From the human T2T-CHM13v2.0 reference genome, Homo sapiens, in assembly GCF_009914755.1 (NCBI RefSeq), contig NC_060927.1: a DNA stretch of 64,000 bases. The stretch is one strand, 5' to 3'. The position numbers were made by a program, and so were the translations under genes. The notes beneath the pieces were generated by a model. That model searched no databases and had not been told where the DNA came from. It saw only the letters and a list, made by a program, of their open reading frames with translations. This document shows, piece after piece, positions 24,578 through 38,075 of this stretch; within the stretch, counting starts at the first letter, position 1; each line of letters starts with the position of its first letter.

Positions 24578-25306
24578 AGCCAGCCCTCTTCATCCATTGG
24601 TTCTGCCTTTGTGGATTCAGCCAGTTGGGGATCAAAAAATATTAGAAAAAAAACAATAAAAATAACATTACAACAATGAAAAATAATACAAATAAAATAC
24701 AGTATAGCTATTTACATAGCATTTATATTGTATTAGGTATTGTATTAATCTGTTCTCACACTGCTATAAAGAAATGCCTGAGACTGGGTAGTTTATGAAG
24801 AAAAGAGGTTTAATTGGCTCACCATTATGCAGGCTGTACAGGAAACATGGCTGGGGAGGCCTCAGGAAACTTAAAATCATGGTGGAAGGTGAATGGGAAG
24901 CAAGCATGCCTTACATGGGTGGAACAGGAGGAAGAGAGAGGGGAGGGGCCACACACTTTCAAACAACCAGATCTCATGAAAATTCACTCACTATCATGAG
25001 AACAGCAACTGAGGGTAATCTGCCCCCATGATCTAATCACCTCCCACCAGGTCCCGCCTCCAGCATTGGGGATTAAATTTCAATATGAGATTTGAGTGAG
25101 AGGACAAATCCAAACCATATTAGGTGTTATAAGCAATCTAGAGATAAAGTGTATAGAAAAGATTATTTAACCTTTGCATAGTATTTGCATATAACCTTTG
25201 GATATAGGTTTATATCCATTTTATATCAGGGACTTGAGCATCCTTGGATTTTCATAACTTTGGAGATCCTGGAACCAATTCCCCATGGATACAAAGGGAC
25301 AACTGT
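24578..25306. mobile_element. MER2 (Tigger-family DNA transposon) split by MSTA
   Basis: GTGGATTCAGCC...TATTTACATAGCATTTATATTGTATTAGGTAT [insert] ...CAGGGACTTGAGCATCC...GGAACCAATTCCCCATGGATAC..GACAACTG TA. Confidence 0.85.
24741..25122 (-). mobile_element. MSTA MaLR solo LTR
   Basis: TGTATTAATCTGTTCTCACACTGCTATAAAGAA...GGAGGCCTCAGGAAACTTA...CCAAACCATATTA; TSD GGTAT / GGTGT. Confidence 0.92.
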
Positions 25307-27814
25307 ATAAGAGTTAAAAGTTGGACCTACTTCAGCATAAAATTTCAGAACAGAAAATAAACATAGAGATATATAGTACAATTCTGTCATTTTGTAAATG
25401 TTAAAAATGGCTCTGCTGAAGTCCTATAAATATTACATGGCAGAATTTTCTCTAACATTTACTTATTTCTCCTCATCTGGTCTTTCGTCTACATAATCTA
25501 ATGAGTTTTTTCAAAAGTTAAATTAGTAGAGAATATTTGCCTCTAGGCCAAAGTAAAAAGAGATATGGATTTACAAAAATTACCCACCTTAAAATTTCTT
25601 TCCTTTCTTCCTCAGGCACTGTCATGATTGCTAGTCTGATTGCCTATTCCATTGCTAAGACATTTTTCTCTTACAATATTTTTAAGATCCTCATTATTGC
25701 CTAATTAGTAAGAAAACCATGACTTAGTTTAGTCTTGGGAAGAATGAACTAGGTAGAAATGGCATCACAATTTTTATTTTCAACCCAAACAAGAGAAAGC
25801 TAATGGAGCAATTTAATAATGTTCCTCCAGATCCTGAAGAGTTCACACATCACCATTGGGAACCATTGATTTCCTGTTTTTTTAATGTGTGTACAGAAAC
25901 GCAGTCTTAGGCACAATGAGGACATGAGAAATAAAGGATTTACTCCATGCTCTCTGGTAACTTGCAAGTGAGTTAGCTATGAAATAAAGACATAAACACA
26001 GGGAAAAAGTTGTATTATAGCATGTGCATATGGAAAAAAGTTGTAATACAACATGCATATTTCTATATGGACAGTCTAAAATGCTTTATACAAACAAAAA
26101 TGCAATAAGATTTCAAACAACATGTGATTGATAACATCTACAGTCCTGCTAGAAAAAAATAGAATTAAGCTTCAAGAATAGGGAGGAATTATGATTAAGG
26201 AATGAGAAATAGATTGCTGTTCCAGGTGAAGGGAAAAGTGCATGGAAAATTTCATCTGTCACTGCTAAATATTCAATGAGACAGTAGGGATATCTGCTTG
26301 ATTAAAATAGCACAAGGAGAAATGGAGTCAAATTAGCAATGACAAACAAGATTATGAGACTATTTCTATGCCAGCACGAAGATTAGAACATTAGTCTATA
26401 AACAAACCTAACCTGTATTCAATAAACAAACTTAACCTGACCAAACGAATACTGTAAACCGAATTAATGCAGTCATTGACAGACTAATCCTTTCTCACGG
26501 CTTGGAGTGTGTTAAACAACAATCACTGATAGTTCAGCCACTAACTCTGACAAATGGTGGCATTGTTTGTACTGCCCTCATCAAACCTAATCAGTCTAGG
26601 TATACTAACCCCATAGGAGAGTCATGGCTCTAAAGGTAATGGGCATATAGTGTCTGCAGTCTAGCCGTTGCATTACCCAGGTGGACCATTATACTTGCCA
26701 CAAGAGGCAGAATATCCTTATTTCCAAAAGGCCTTAATTTGGCTAAATTCTCATCTTTGTCAGCCAAGGAAAGTGGGGATCTCGTTGTAGACATTTTGAA
26801 TCTTTCATTGGCACTTCTATATATTATACTAATCAGTTCTTTTGTCTTTACATTTTAGTATCTAGCACGGCTGTGGAACAAAGGAGAGACTCACAAACTG
26901 TTGAAAGAATAAATGAATGAATGAATTCTGTTCATGAGCTTTAATAAAACAGCTCTGAGTAGTAACAGTGGATCAAATTTAGGCTTCTTGATGCAGGCAT
27001 GGTGTAGATTACTACTTCTGTATTGTCCCAGGAGCTCAGCACATTCCTGCAGAGATGATAGGAGCTCATCTGATACTTGTCAGGTAAATATGCTCAGTGA
27101 TCATGGAATGTTAAAATGAAAGGAACATGCAATTCTGGTCTTTTCCTTAAAAGTTTCAAAAATAATATTACACACAGGAGCATTGTTACACATTTAATTT
27201 ATCTGAGTAAGTCCCTATATACTACATCAATACTGAAGACATTATCTGGTTTATCACAGATATTTATCTTCTAATAATCTTTGTCTTGACTCTTAGAGAT
27301 TCTCTGCATTAATTCATAAAAGCATAGAAACGACTTGCTGGAAAAATGTAGTTTTTTATTATGGGAAAGCCAAAGAAGCCCTTTTGTTGATTGTTGGCTA
27401 TCCCCTCAAGCAGTCTCTTTTCACTGTGCTCTGCACTGCTTATTGCTCTCTCTAGAGTCATGATTCAAATGTTCTAGGCAATTTAAAGTCACTAGTGACT
27501 CTCAGTCTCTGAGACTGCTTGGGGCAGCTATCTGAGCCATCATTATGTCACATGATGTCTTAACATTATGTCCTGCCAACCTGAAGCCCCAGCCTGCAAC
27601 AAGTACAATGGCACGCTGGGTTCAGTCTTCACCTGGCTGTTAATATTGACTTGATCTCAGAAGAGCTTTCAAATGATACAAACAAAGCCTTTCCTGGAAG
27701 CCCTTCATGTCTACTGCTGTGATTATTGAACTATCACCATTGCCTACTTTCTGTCAGATTTTTGAAGACCACATAGCAAGTCTGCTCTTAGAGTGAGGGG
27801 CAGTACAGTAAATA

Positions 27815-28010
27815 CAGTGGCTCGAGAGTTACATTGTTGTTACAACTTGACTCCGAATTATATCAGTTGTGTGATCTTGAGCAAATTGTTCAAACTTTCA
27901 TTTATTTTTCTCTATAATGGGCACCATAATAATACCAAGCAAATAGGGTATTATTATGGTGAAGACTAAATCAAGTGTCTTGTATATATTAAGCATTAAC
28001 TAAATGTCAG
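27815..28010 (+). mobile_element. MIR SINE
   Basis: GTTGTGTGATCTTGAGCAAATT...CTATAATGGG..ATAATAATACC. Confidence 0.65.
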
Positions 28011-28032
28011 TCACTTCTGTTTGTATAATCTA

Positions 28033-28380
<348 letters not shown>

Positions 28381-29712
28381 TAAAGTCAAAGAGATCCAGA
28401 TTAGAATCCTGTTGCTACTTTCAAACTTTATGAGCATCTGTTTTTGTCCTGATAAGCAAAGGCAAAGGTCAGTGCCGAATGACTTTGCGTAATGTTACCA
28501 CCTCTGAATTAGTGTTGCGTACATTGCATGGTGCTAGTACAGTGAATGTTTCAGCTAGGCCACTGGGTGTGCAAGTAGTGGATATTTATATTCAGCATCT
28601 ATTCAGGTTGATCACTGCCTATGTTGTACTGATTATTTCATAATTTGAATATCATACCAGGGTATTAGTATCAAAGTACCCGTTTGTTGCTTTTGTTGTC
28701 ATATAGTTAGAAACAGATATTCAAGAAATTTTCAAGTAAAACATTATTCCCATCTATGGGAAACTTCAGAAGCTGCAACAATTCTAAGAACCAGCTTTTA
28801 TCCCTCCAGACACACATGGATTCTGTCAAGGGAGTACCCGTATCTCTTTGACACTACCTACTTATCAGGCTGCCCCATATTTTTTCATTGTTTTTTAATT
28901 TCCTTTTCTGGCCAGGGGTATTTTCTGTTCCCTCTTCTTCCCTTGTGCTCTTTTCTTACTATTAATTGTTGTAATTTCTTTGTGTTTTTGAGTTCAAATT
29001 CTTCAGAAGATCGGATCAGCCAACTTCTTATTTTTAGACACTGCTACTCTGTAGATAGTTCATCCTTTGTTACATGTTCACCACAGCTCTGTAGCCAAGA
29101 CCAGGAAGTGGCTGCATTACAAGGTACAAAACATGCCCCCACAACCCCCAGCTCCCGACATGAGGAAGATGAGCAGAGCAGTTTCCTCTAAAATCTGCTT
29201 GGCTGGGGCAAGCATGATGATATCTATAGGTAAAAGGTAATGTGCAAGGATGCCGCGACTCTTGTTTGTTTGACGTTTCACAATTTTATTTATGGAATCA
29301 GTTCTGTTGGATAGAATGATTGCTCATGATTTTTGAGGCTTGGATATTGGAACTTAGAAAATAAATTGAATTGGGCACTGCGTAAATGGTCCAGTCAAAG
29401 GAAGTGTCTATTTTGGCCACTTCATTTAAAACACAGTAAAATTTAATTAAAGGACAATATTGGTCCAAGAATGTACCTTTTAAGACACAGCAGTATAGTA
29501 TCAATTCTGTTTGTGTTGTGTCGAACAAAACAAAACAGATTAAATACACAAACAAATATTAGAATATACAATCAGTTGCCACAGTTTTGAAGTGCATGTA
29601 TATATTTCCTGATCAAAGAATGTTTTCAACTGTACGGAAAGAGTTAGCTGCAGTTTTGTAGCATGTTTACAAAATGATTTCTCTTTGACCATTGAAAAGA
29701 AAAGCTGCTATA

Positions 29713-30050
29713 GGCCGGGCGCGGTGGCTCATGCCTGTAATCCCAGCACTTTGGCAGGCCAAGGCGGGTGGATCACCTGAGGTCAGGAGTTCGAGACCAG
29801 CCTGGCCAACATGGCGAAACCCTGTCTCTACTAAAAATACAAAAATTAGCTGGGTGTGGTGACGCCTGCCTGTAATCCCAGCTCCTAGGGAAGCTGAGGC
29901 ATGAGAATCGCTTGAATCCGGGAGGCGGAGGTTGCGGTGAACGGAAATTATGCCGTTGCACTCCAGCCTGGGCGACGGAGCAAGACTCTGTCAAAAAAAA
30001 AAAAAAAGAAAAAAGAAAAGAAAAGAAAGAAGGAAAGAAAAAAGAAAAAG
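29713..30050 (+). mobile_element. AluSx-type with A/(GAAAA)n tail
   Basis: GGATCACCTGAGGTCAGGAGTTCGAGACCAGCCTGGCCAACATGG; GCTGCTATA on both sides. Confidence 0.95.
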
Positions 30051-30660
30051 GAAATGCTGCTATAACCATATACTAAAACACTATGACACTATGAAAAAAA
30101 TTAGTAGTTTTTAATTCTTAACAATGGATGCTAACAAAGAAATATTGCTGAAACCAAGGAAAGGCTGAGAATCAATTATTTCATTCCTGTTTAGTTCTTT
30201 GGGCAAGGCATACTAATTTGTTAACAATTTACCTCTTCATCTTTCTTAGCTTTGAATAAACTCCAGTCCCCAAGAGAGAGAATGAGAATCACCGGAATAC
30301 GAAACTTCCCTGTTGGACTTCCCAACATTCTTGAATGCACCAAGATAGCCTCTTGCTGTGAGATTAATAAATGAATAAATGCCTCCATATTTTTCAAATC
30401 TGTGAAGTTAACAACATGTAGATTTTTTTGCATATTTAAAAACTGCAACTAAATCTTAATGCCTCTGAAGCAGATGGAAGAAAATAATAGGCTTCCATTA
30501 ACTGTGTCAAATTGTATAGGTCTTGGCCATCACTGGTCCTGTTGTGATGAAGGTTTTTTGCCCTTGGATATAATTTAATTTTCAATTCTTCTAATTATGG
30601 TACTTCAGAACATCAATATTTGAGATGAACTTCTCTAGTGTCAAGGACTGATTTGAGTTG

Positions 30661-31112
30661 TGTAAACCCTGAATATCTGAGACAGGTCTCGATTATTTTA
30701 GAAAGTTTATTTTGCCAAGGTTGAGGATGTGTGCCTGTGACACGGCCTCGGGAGGTCCTGAGGACATGTGCTCAAGGTGGTCAGAGCACAGCTTTGCTTT
30801 ATACATTTTAGAGAGACATGAGACATCAACCGACATATGTAAGATGAACATTGGTTCCATCTGGAAAGGCGAGACAACTTCAAACGAGGAGGGGGCTTCC
30901 AGGTCATAGGTAGATAAGAGACAAATGGCTGCATTCTTTTGAGTTTCTGATTAGCCTTTCCAAAGGAGGCAATTAGAGTGAGCAAAATGAACAAAATCAA
31001 TTATTTTGATTCTGAACAAAATGGGAGGCTGGTTTTCCCTAAGCAGTTCCCAGCTTGACTTTTCCCTTTAGCTGAGGGATTTGGGGGGCCCAAGATTTAT
31101 TTTTCTTTCACC
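30661..31112 (-). mobile_element. MER4A (ERV1) solo LTR
   Basis: Reverse complement begins GAAAGAAAAATAAATCTTGGGCCCCCCAAAT...AAAGGGAAAAGTCAAGCTGGGAACTGCTTAGGG; 4-bp TSD GTTG (30657-30660 / 31113-31116). Confidence 0.9.
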
Positions 31113-32011
31113 GTTGTATCAAACTACACAGGCGGCCTTGGAAACCATCACAGTTGAGAGTAGGTAACACCCATTTGTTGCATAGTTTTGTGCTCCACAC
31201 TCTTATCTACAAAATTATGAATTTTTTTACATATATTAATTTCAGAAAAACTAAAAATAAAACAAAGTAGTTTCAAACTAGTATTGTTTTTATATCTTAA
31301 AAATAAAGCTTTATATACTCTCCTTACCTCATCATAAATAGCTTGCCTTATTTAATATATACTCGGCATTCTATCTGTTTTATTTCCATTTTGGGATATG
31401 ATATTTTAATTTTTTAATTTGTTACCTAAACAAAAAATAATACACAAATTATTCTCAGTCTTTATATATGTACTTGTTGAAAGATGAGATATATAAGTGC
31501 CGGTAAGTGCTTCAAGTAAGGAAGACATCTGGCCTGTGTCTTGGGGATCGCATAATCACTGTGGTGACAGTTTCAGAGAGTAGCATGTGTAGGGGTTTGT
31601 GGAGTTAGCAAAGACAAGAAGCATGAAGCACAGCCAAAAGTTTTTTTTCAGACACAAGATATATTTGAAGTTTGAAATAGAGTGAAGACCCATAAATGGG
31701 GAAGAAGTGAGGATTCTAAGTGTCTGTGCAGAAAATTTAGCATAATTTGTTGAGGATTTGGAGAGTGTGTCAAAAGACAGATAAAGATTGCAGATAGCTG
31801 CAAGATCCCAGCCTCAGGGGATCTCAAGCCGTAGGGATTCAGCATTTAGTCCTGCACCTATGTGTGTGTGTTACAGGACATGACAAATGATTTAAAAAAA
31901 AACACCACCCTGGATAAATTCTTAGTTCTGCTCTGTTTAGTGTCTAGTGCTAGGAGATCAAAGGAGAAGACTGTAGCTTGAGCTTGACTTTGAAGTCAAT
32001 AGGACTTGTAC

Positions 32012-32664
32012 AGTGTGGCGAATATACCATAAGGGGAGTCCCAGTTGAGTCATACTTGTTGATGATCCCTATTCCTTGAGCATGAACAGAACCTGAGACT
32101 TGCTTCTAACCCATAGAATATGGCAAAAACGGTGGAATGTCACTCCCTTGAGGTATAAGTTATATATAGATATAGTATAGATATATATAGATGATATAGA
32201 TGTATATATAGATACAGATATAAATGTAGACATAGATATAGATGTATGACTGTGGGCAGACAAGGATGAGATGACAGACCCTGCCTTGCTGGCCCTGAAG
32301 ATGTGAGCTGCTATGCTGTGAGGTGGGCTACAAAGGAGCCACATGATAGGGGACTGTGGGAACCTGCAGGAGCTAAGAGTGGCTCCCAGCTAACAACCAG
32401 CAAGAAAGCAGAACCTCAGCTCTGCAGCTGCAAGTAACTGAATTCTGCCAACCATCATGTGAGCTTGGAATAGGACCCTGAGCTCCAAAAAGAAGCGCCA
32501 CCCAGCTGACACCTTGATTGTAGCCTTGTGAGACCTTGATCAAAGGACTCAGCTAAGCCATATCTGGACTTCTGATCCATGAAAACTGTGAGATGATAAA
32601 TGTGTGTTGTCGTAAGCCACTACGTGTGTGGTAATTTATTATGTATCAATAGAAAAATAATATA
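32012..32664 (+). mobile_element. MLT1E-like MaLR LTR with internal (TAGA/TATA) low complexity at ~32160-32245
   Basis: GACTTGCTTCTAACCCATAGAATATGGCAAA...CTGAATTCTGCCAAC...GAAAACTGTGAGATGATAAATGTGTGTTG. Confidence 0.85.
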
Positions 32665-32798
32665 GATGGCTAGAGAAAAAGATGAGTATATCCTGGACAC
32701 TCTAGATGTATGGTACCACACGAGTTAAGTACAGAGAATAAGACGGACATTCTTATTTGGACCTCTGCACTTAAGCTCATGTGGTTCCATACATCTAG

Positions 32799-33150
<352 letters not shown>

Positions 33151-33875
33151 TTTGAACAAGTATTTCCTGAGAACCTACTGTGTGTTAAAACTTGACCAGG
33201 AAACCAATGGGGGAAATGAAAATTAAGAGAGCTTAAGTAACTTGTGCAAGTTTACAAAAAAACAATTATATAAGAATACAGGAATGCTGTAGGGGAAAAT
33301 GGAGTCATGTTTGTGTGACATCCCAACCAGTAGGGTCTCTGAGTACTTAATCTGTATCTTTGAATACAGCTTGTTTTTCTTGTTTCCTTTGCACTATAGT
33401 TTAAGTTGTGTGTTAGATCATCTTGAAAGCACTTATTCTCCTTGTGTCCAGGGATGCTTTAGGATAATTTAGCAGTAAATAACTGAAATTATCTTTCTAA
33501 AACAAAAGTATACTTTTTCTCTACTGAGTTTCCCAGAGTGTACAAAAGAACATTGAACACTGAAAAAGAAAATAAATCCTGAAGAAAAATAGACACAGGA
33601 GCTGAATCACTGTTTTGATTTCAGAACAGGAACATCTAAGTCTGTAAAATATTGAGTACTTTGAACTTTGATCTCACTAAATTTAAGCTGTTAAATTGTT
33701 ATGCTTTTCTGGGAATTCCTAAGAACTTCCCTGTATTACAACGGCTGACTCTGAAATTTTGTTCATTTGAAATTTTTGATTTTTTTTTCTCCATGTTAGA
33801 ACTGGAAAAGATATTTGTTCAATTCAATATTTTAAACAAATGAAGATATATTTGGAAATAAAATAAAACCTCTTC

Positions 33876-34341
33876 TGCAGTGGATCCTGTTGATACTCTG
33901 TTAAATCTCCTCCAATCCCCTTTTCTCCTTGGCTGCATCCTTCTCCTGGCTTGTGTTTGCTTTTGTTTTTCTGTTGCACCTGCATTTCTCTTAGGAAGGC
34001 TGCCTCAACTGCTGGAATCCCTTTACCACCTGCTGCAGAGTTCTTAGGGGTTTCCTTCCTGCCCAGCGTGGCCCCTTTCTCCAGCACAGGCTCTTAGTCA
34101 AAGAATACTTGAAAGCCCAACTTCGTTGCACGGAGGTGAACAACTCTGAGATTAAGTTATGCTCTTGAGGTCCCCTGCAGGAATAGACAAGAAACCTCTG
34201 GGAAGACATCACCTGAAACCACACACTTACTGAGTTTCTTCCACTTTTCTCTTTTCTGCTTCCCTGTGTCTTACTGGTTCCTTTTGGGGGCACTTCTGGA
34301 ATAAACAGTTTCTGTAATAAATCCCAATTTCAGTCTGCTTC
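33876..34341 (+). mobile_element. LTR16-like ERVL solo LTR
   Basis: GAACAACTCTGAG...CACTTCTGGAATAAA...AATCCC..TCAGTCTGCTTCTAGGGAATCAACCCAAGAC. Confidence 0.7.
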
Positions 34342-34719
34342 TAGGGAATCAACCCAAGACGGACACCTTCTTACCTGTTTGCTGAAATATAAACTTGGTT
34401 ATCAATCCAGAACTGCCAAAGTATTTGATACAAAATGAGATATTTCAAAATGCACAGGTGTCCTAGATTTTTGTCATTTTAATGACTTTTTCTGGATAAT
34501 AAAAGTAGCTTATATTAATTGTTGAGTTTAGAAAATGCACAAAAATAAGGTAAATTACATTATCTGTAGTTTCTATTTATACCTTGGTAAATTTTTCCAA
34601 AAACTACCGCTAGCCCCACCTCCAATCAAGACTACATCTTTGAGTATATATGCTAATTTTTTCTAATTAAAATTATGATTCTAATTAACATACAGAATTA
34701 CATTCTGCTTTGTTGTACA

Positions 34720-36120
34720 CAGGTGGTTTAGTTATTTAATATTTTTTAAAATGTCAAGTGCTTGCACATTGTAAATTACTTTTCAAAGAACAAAAACAAT
34801 GAAAGAAACGAAGTCAGGGTTAGAGCAGAAATTTCTCCTCTCCATTTTCATTTCCCAAACATAAATACTTTACAAGACTGGTGAAGATTGTTCTAGATTT
34901 TATACACACAAAAGCACATTTACACACACATACACACAGACACTCACAAGGATGTACATATACAATGCACGTTTTTACTCTTATTTATAATGAAACTTGT
35001 GCATACTACATATGTATTTCTTACAATTAGCTTTCTTCAGTCTAGGAACTTGATGAACTCTTTCCACAGTAGAGCTTGGAGATCAGCCTCAATTTTTGTA
35101 AATAATACATGAATACTGTTTTTCCTGATAAACAATACGTCACTTCCTGTTCTTATGCGTTTCTGTATGCATGGGTAGGGACATTTCTTCCATGTGCTAA
35201 AATCCTAGAAAGGCACCTAATGATTAGTAAGAAATGTTTAAATCAATACATAACTGAGCACATTTAGAAAATATTAGCCTCTACTGAATGTAAATCCTTA
35301 GTTTCTCACAAATACCCCCTCCCCAATATCCCTGCTTCTCTCTCAAAATGTCTTGGTATAAATGCGTATGTGCAGCTTATCCATCCTCTATCAAAATGTT
35401 AGTAGTTACTACCAAATTACCCTATATTAGTACAAGTTGTAATAATATATAGTCCAGCCAACATTCTATATGACCAGGTATATGAGCTTTTGTATTTGTA
35501 AATAATTCTCCAGTCTGTCTTTAATTTTAAGTTGTTTATTGTGTTACTTGCCATAAACGAATTTAACTTTTTTTCATTAAACAATTCCAGTATTTAATCT
35601 CTTTATTACTTCTGATTTTTATTTTATTCCTGGAGAGGTACCCATTCTCCAGATTAATGTTTATTTTCATCTAATATTTTAAGATGTTTTTTCTACCTTC
35701 TGGTCATGTATTTATTTGGAATAAATGTGTGTCAAATGAATACATATATGTTAGGGAAGATATGCCAGGTAGGAATCAAACATAGTTTTTCACCACAAAT
35801 TGATAACCTATTGTAGCTATCCACTCCACTGAATGGTCCATCCACTACCCGTTGATTTTGAAATGTAACTTTTTCACATAAGGATATTCATATATGAATA
35901 TAAATAGATGAATAGATAGATAGATAGATGTGATGACTGTATGGATACCTAACTATTTATATCCATCTATTTATGTATGTGCATTTTGGGGCTCTACTGT
36001 TTCACTGATCCATCATTTTCACTTCAGAACTACACTGCTATAATTGCTATAGCTGCATGGCACGTTTCCACATGTAGTAGAGCAAGATCTCAGTCATTAT
36101 TCTGCTATTTCAAGACTGTT
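34720..36120 (-). mobile_element. Highly degraded L1ME-type fragments
   Basis: Patchy antisense ORF2/3' UTR-like motifs, e.g. TTTTGGGGCTCTACTGTTTCACTGATC. Confidence 0.5.
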
Positions 36121-36669
36121 AAACTAACCTCATGCAAGATTGCTTTATGAAGATCTCTTGACAACATCTATATTTTCTACCTTGATAATTTCCTTCTAAA
36201 AGCAAAAATACATTTGGATATGTTTTGTAAACTCTAGTAATCATAGAAATGTAAATTGTGCATGCCTTGTAGGTAGCAGGGTCTCTCTTATAATTCTCAC
36301 TCATCTTAGGTACAGGAGGGAAAAATGTAGCTTTTAAATATTGCCTGTAACTATCTGCCTCCTACAACCCCATTTTCAGGTTATTCACATAACTTGGGGA
36401 TAGGTGGTCAAAAAAATAAAACTTAAACCAATAACTAGTCAAGGACTTTTAAAAATGGTTTAGATTATTTAAATATAATTTCCTGCTCTCTCTCAGAGAT
36501 TGCTCTACCTCAAACATCTCTGCTTATCCGCTAAAGATGGCATCTGGGTAGAAGGGGAGTAGGTGTTTATACTTCTTGCGATTCCTCCCTTACCCTGACC
36601 TCCAAAACAATGTCCTTTGACCACCTTGGGGTGGTTAGCCCTGCTGGCATTTAGGACTGTGGTCAGCAT

Positions 36670-36810
36670 CTTTTTTTTTTTTTTTTTTTTTCTCAAGCAA
36701 GTTCTCACTATGTTTCCCCAGTCTGGTCTTGAACTCCTGGGCTCAAGCAATCCTCCTGCTTTGGCCTACCAAAGTGCTGGGATTACAGGTTTGAGCCACT
36801 ATGCCCAGTG
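36670..36810 (-). mobile_element. FLAM / free left Alu monomer
   Basis: Single monomer plus poly-T; 15-bp TSD TGGTCAGCATCTTTT (36660-36674 / 36812-36826). Confidence 0.9.
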
Positions 36811-37949
36811 ATGGTCAGCATCTTTTGTCTGGGGGTAGTCAAGGCCATGTAATACGTTTGCACTTTCTCAGCTTTATTTGAGCTCTTGCTGGTGCTATCC
36901 ACCCTCTGATTGTCTGACTGGGAATCTCATTTAGCTCGTAGCCCTTGGAGCAGAACCCCTAAGGGAAGCCCCTCTGCCCAATGTGCCAGCCAAGTGTTTA
37001 GCTGCTTTGGATATGCCTTTGCCTCATCAGACCCAAGGGCAACCCAGGAAACTAAACCTCTGCCTGACCTCTGCTTTCATGTGACTGCCCTCCCTGTGAG
37101 TGTGAGTGCAACCTACATGGAAGCCTCCTTCCAGATGAATAAGTGGGTGGCGAGGCAAGAGTCACTCTCCTCTGTGACTTCATAAACTATCAAATGTGCT
37201 TTTCCAAACCAGACAGCCATGTTTGTTTCCTTCATGAGCTTCTCTTCCCTGGTCTTCTCTTCTTTGTACCACCCTAGTGGGCAGATAAAATTATTTGTTT
37301 TCTTTTGACTTCCCTCCCATCTTATGCTCCTTCTACTTGATTTCAACCATCTTTAATGGGGAACAGAAATATCTCCCTGAATATTATTTAAATTGTATAT
37401 TACATGAATGGCAACCCCCGGAGAAAACCATTGCATACAATGTAGATGATGCCTGCTGTATCTGTGCAACTTGGAAGCCTTGATCTCCTCAATACAATGA
37501 GGAGATTTCACAATGAGTCCAGCTGCGTCAGTTAAAAGAAAAGAAATAATAATTTAGCTAGTCTCTTAGAAGGACAACAGCCTGGTTTTCAAGACTATTG
37601 TCCTCCTGAATTCTGAATGTCAATATCACAGTGTCTTCCTTCTGGCAAAAAAAAAAAAAAAAAGAGAAAAGATGAGGAATAAGATGAAAGCCAGGTGCTG
37701 TAAAATGTCTAAGAGGAAACATTAAGCTACTTCTATGCCTTATCCTTTCATCTTTAGTCCCCTTCTCCCCTTTTTGCATCCTTTCTCATAGCTACTGATG
37801 TTAACCACAAATAAAGACAGTATCTGACTAATCAAGATCAATTCACATTTCTGCAGCCAGGAGAGGTTAAGGAGTGGCAGAAAAGGAAGTGAAGTTCTTT
37901 GAAAGTTACTGAATAACAGATATTGTGCTTATAACTTTCCATATTTTAG

Positions 37950-38075
37950 TTGGTTAACAATAGTAAGATTAATCTCTGTTTCACAGATGAAGAAACTGAG
38001 GCTCAGAAGAGTTTGGAAATTGTTCCAGATCGTACACTAGTAAGGATCAAAGACAGACTTGAAATCCCGCTATGA
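37950..38075 (-). mobile_element. MIR SINE core
   Basis: TTTCACAGATGAAGAAACTGAGGCTCAGA. Confidence 0.8.

Noticed and set aside
26696-26712. CTCF-like TGCCACAAGAGGCAG
   Set aside because: One base short in the core GG run, a poor match
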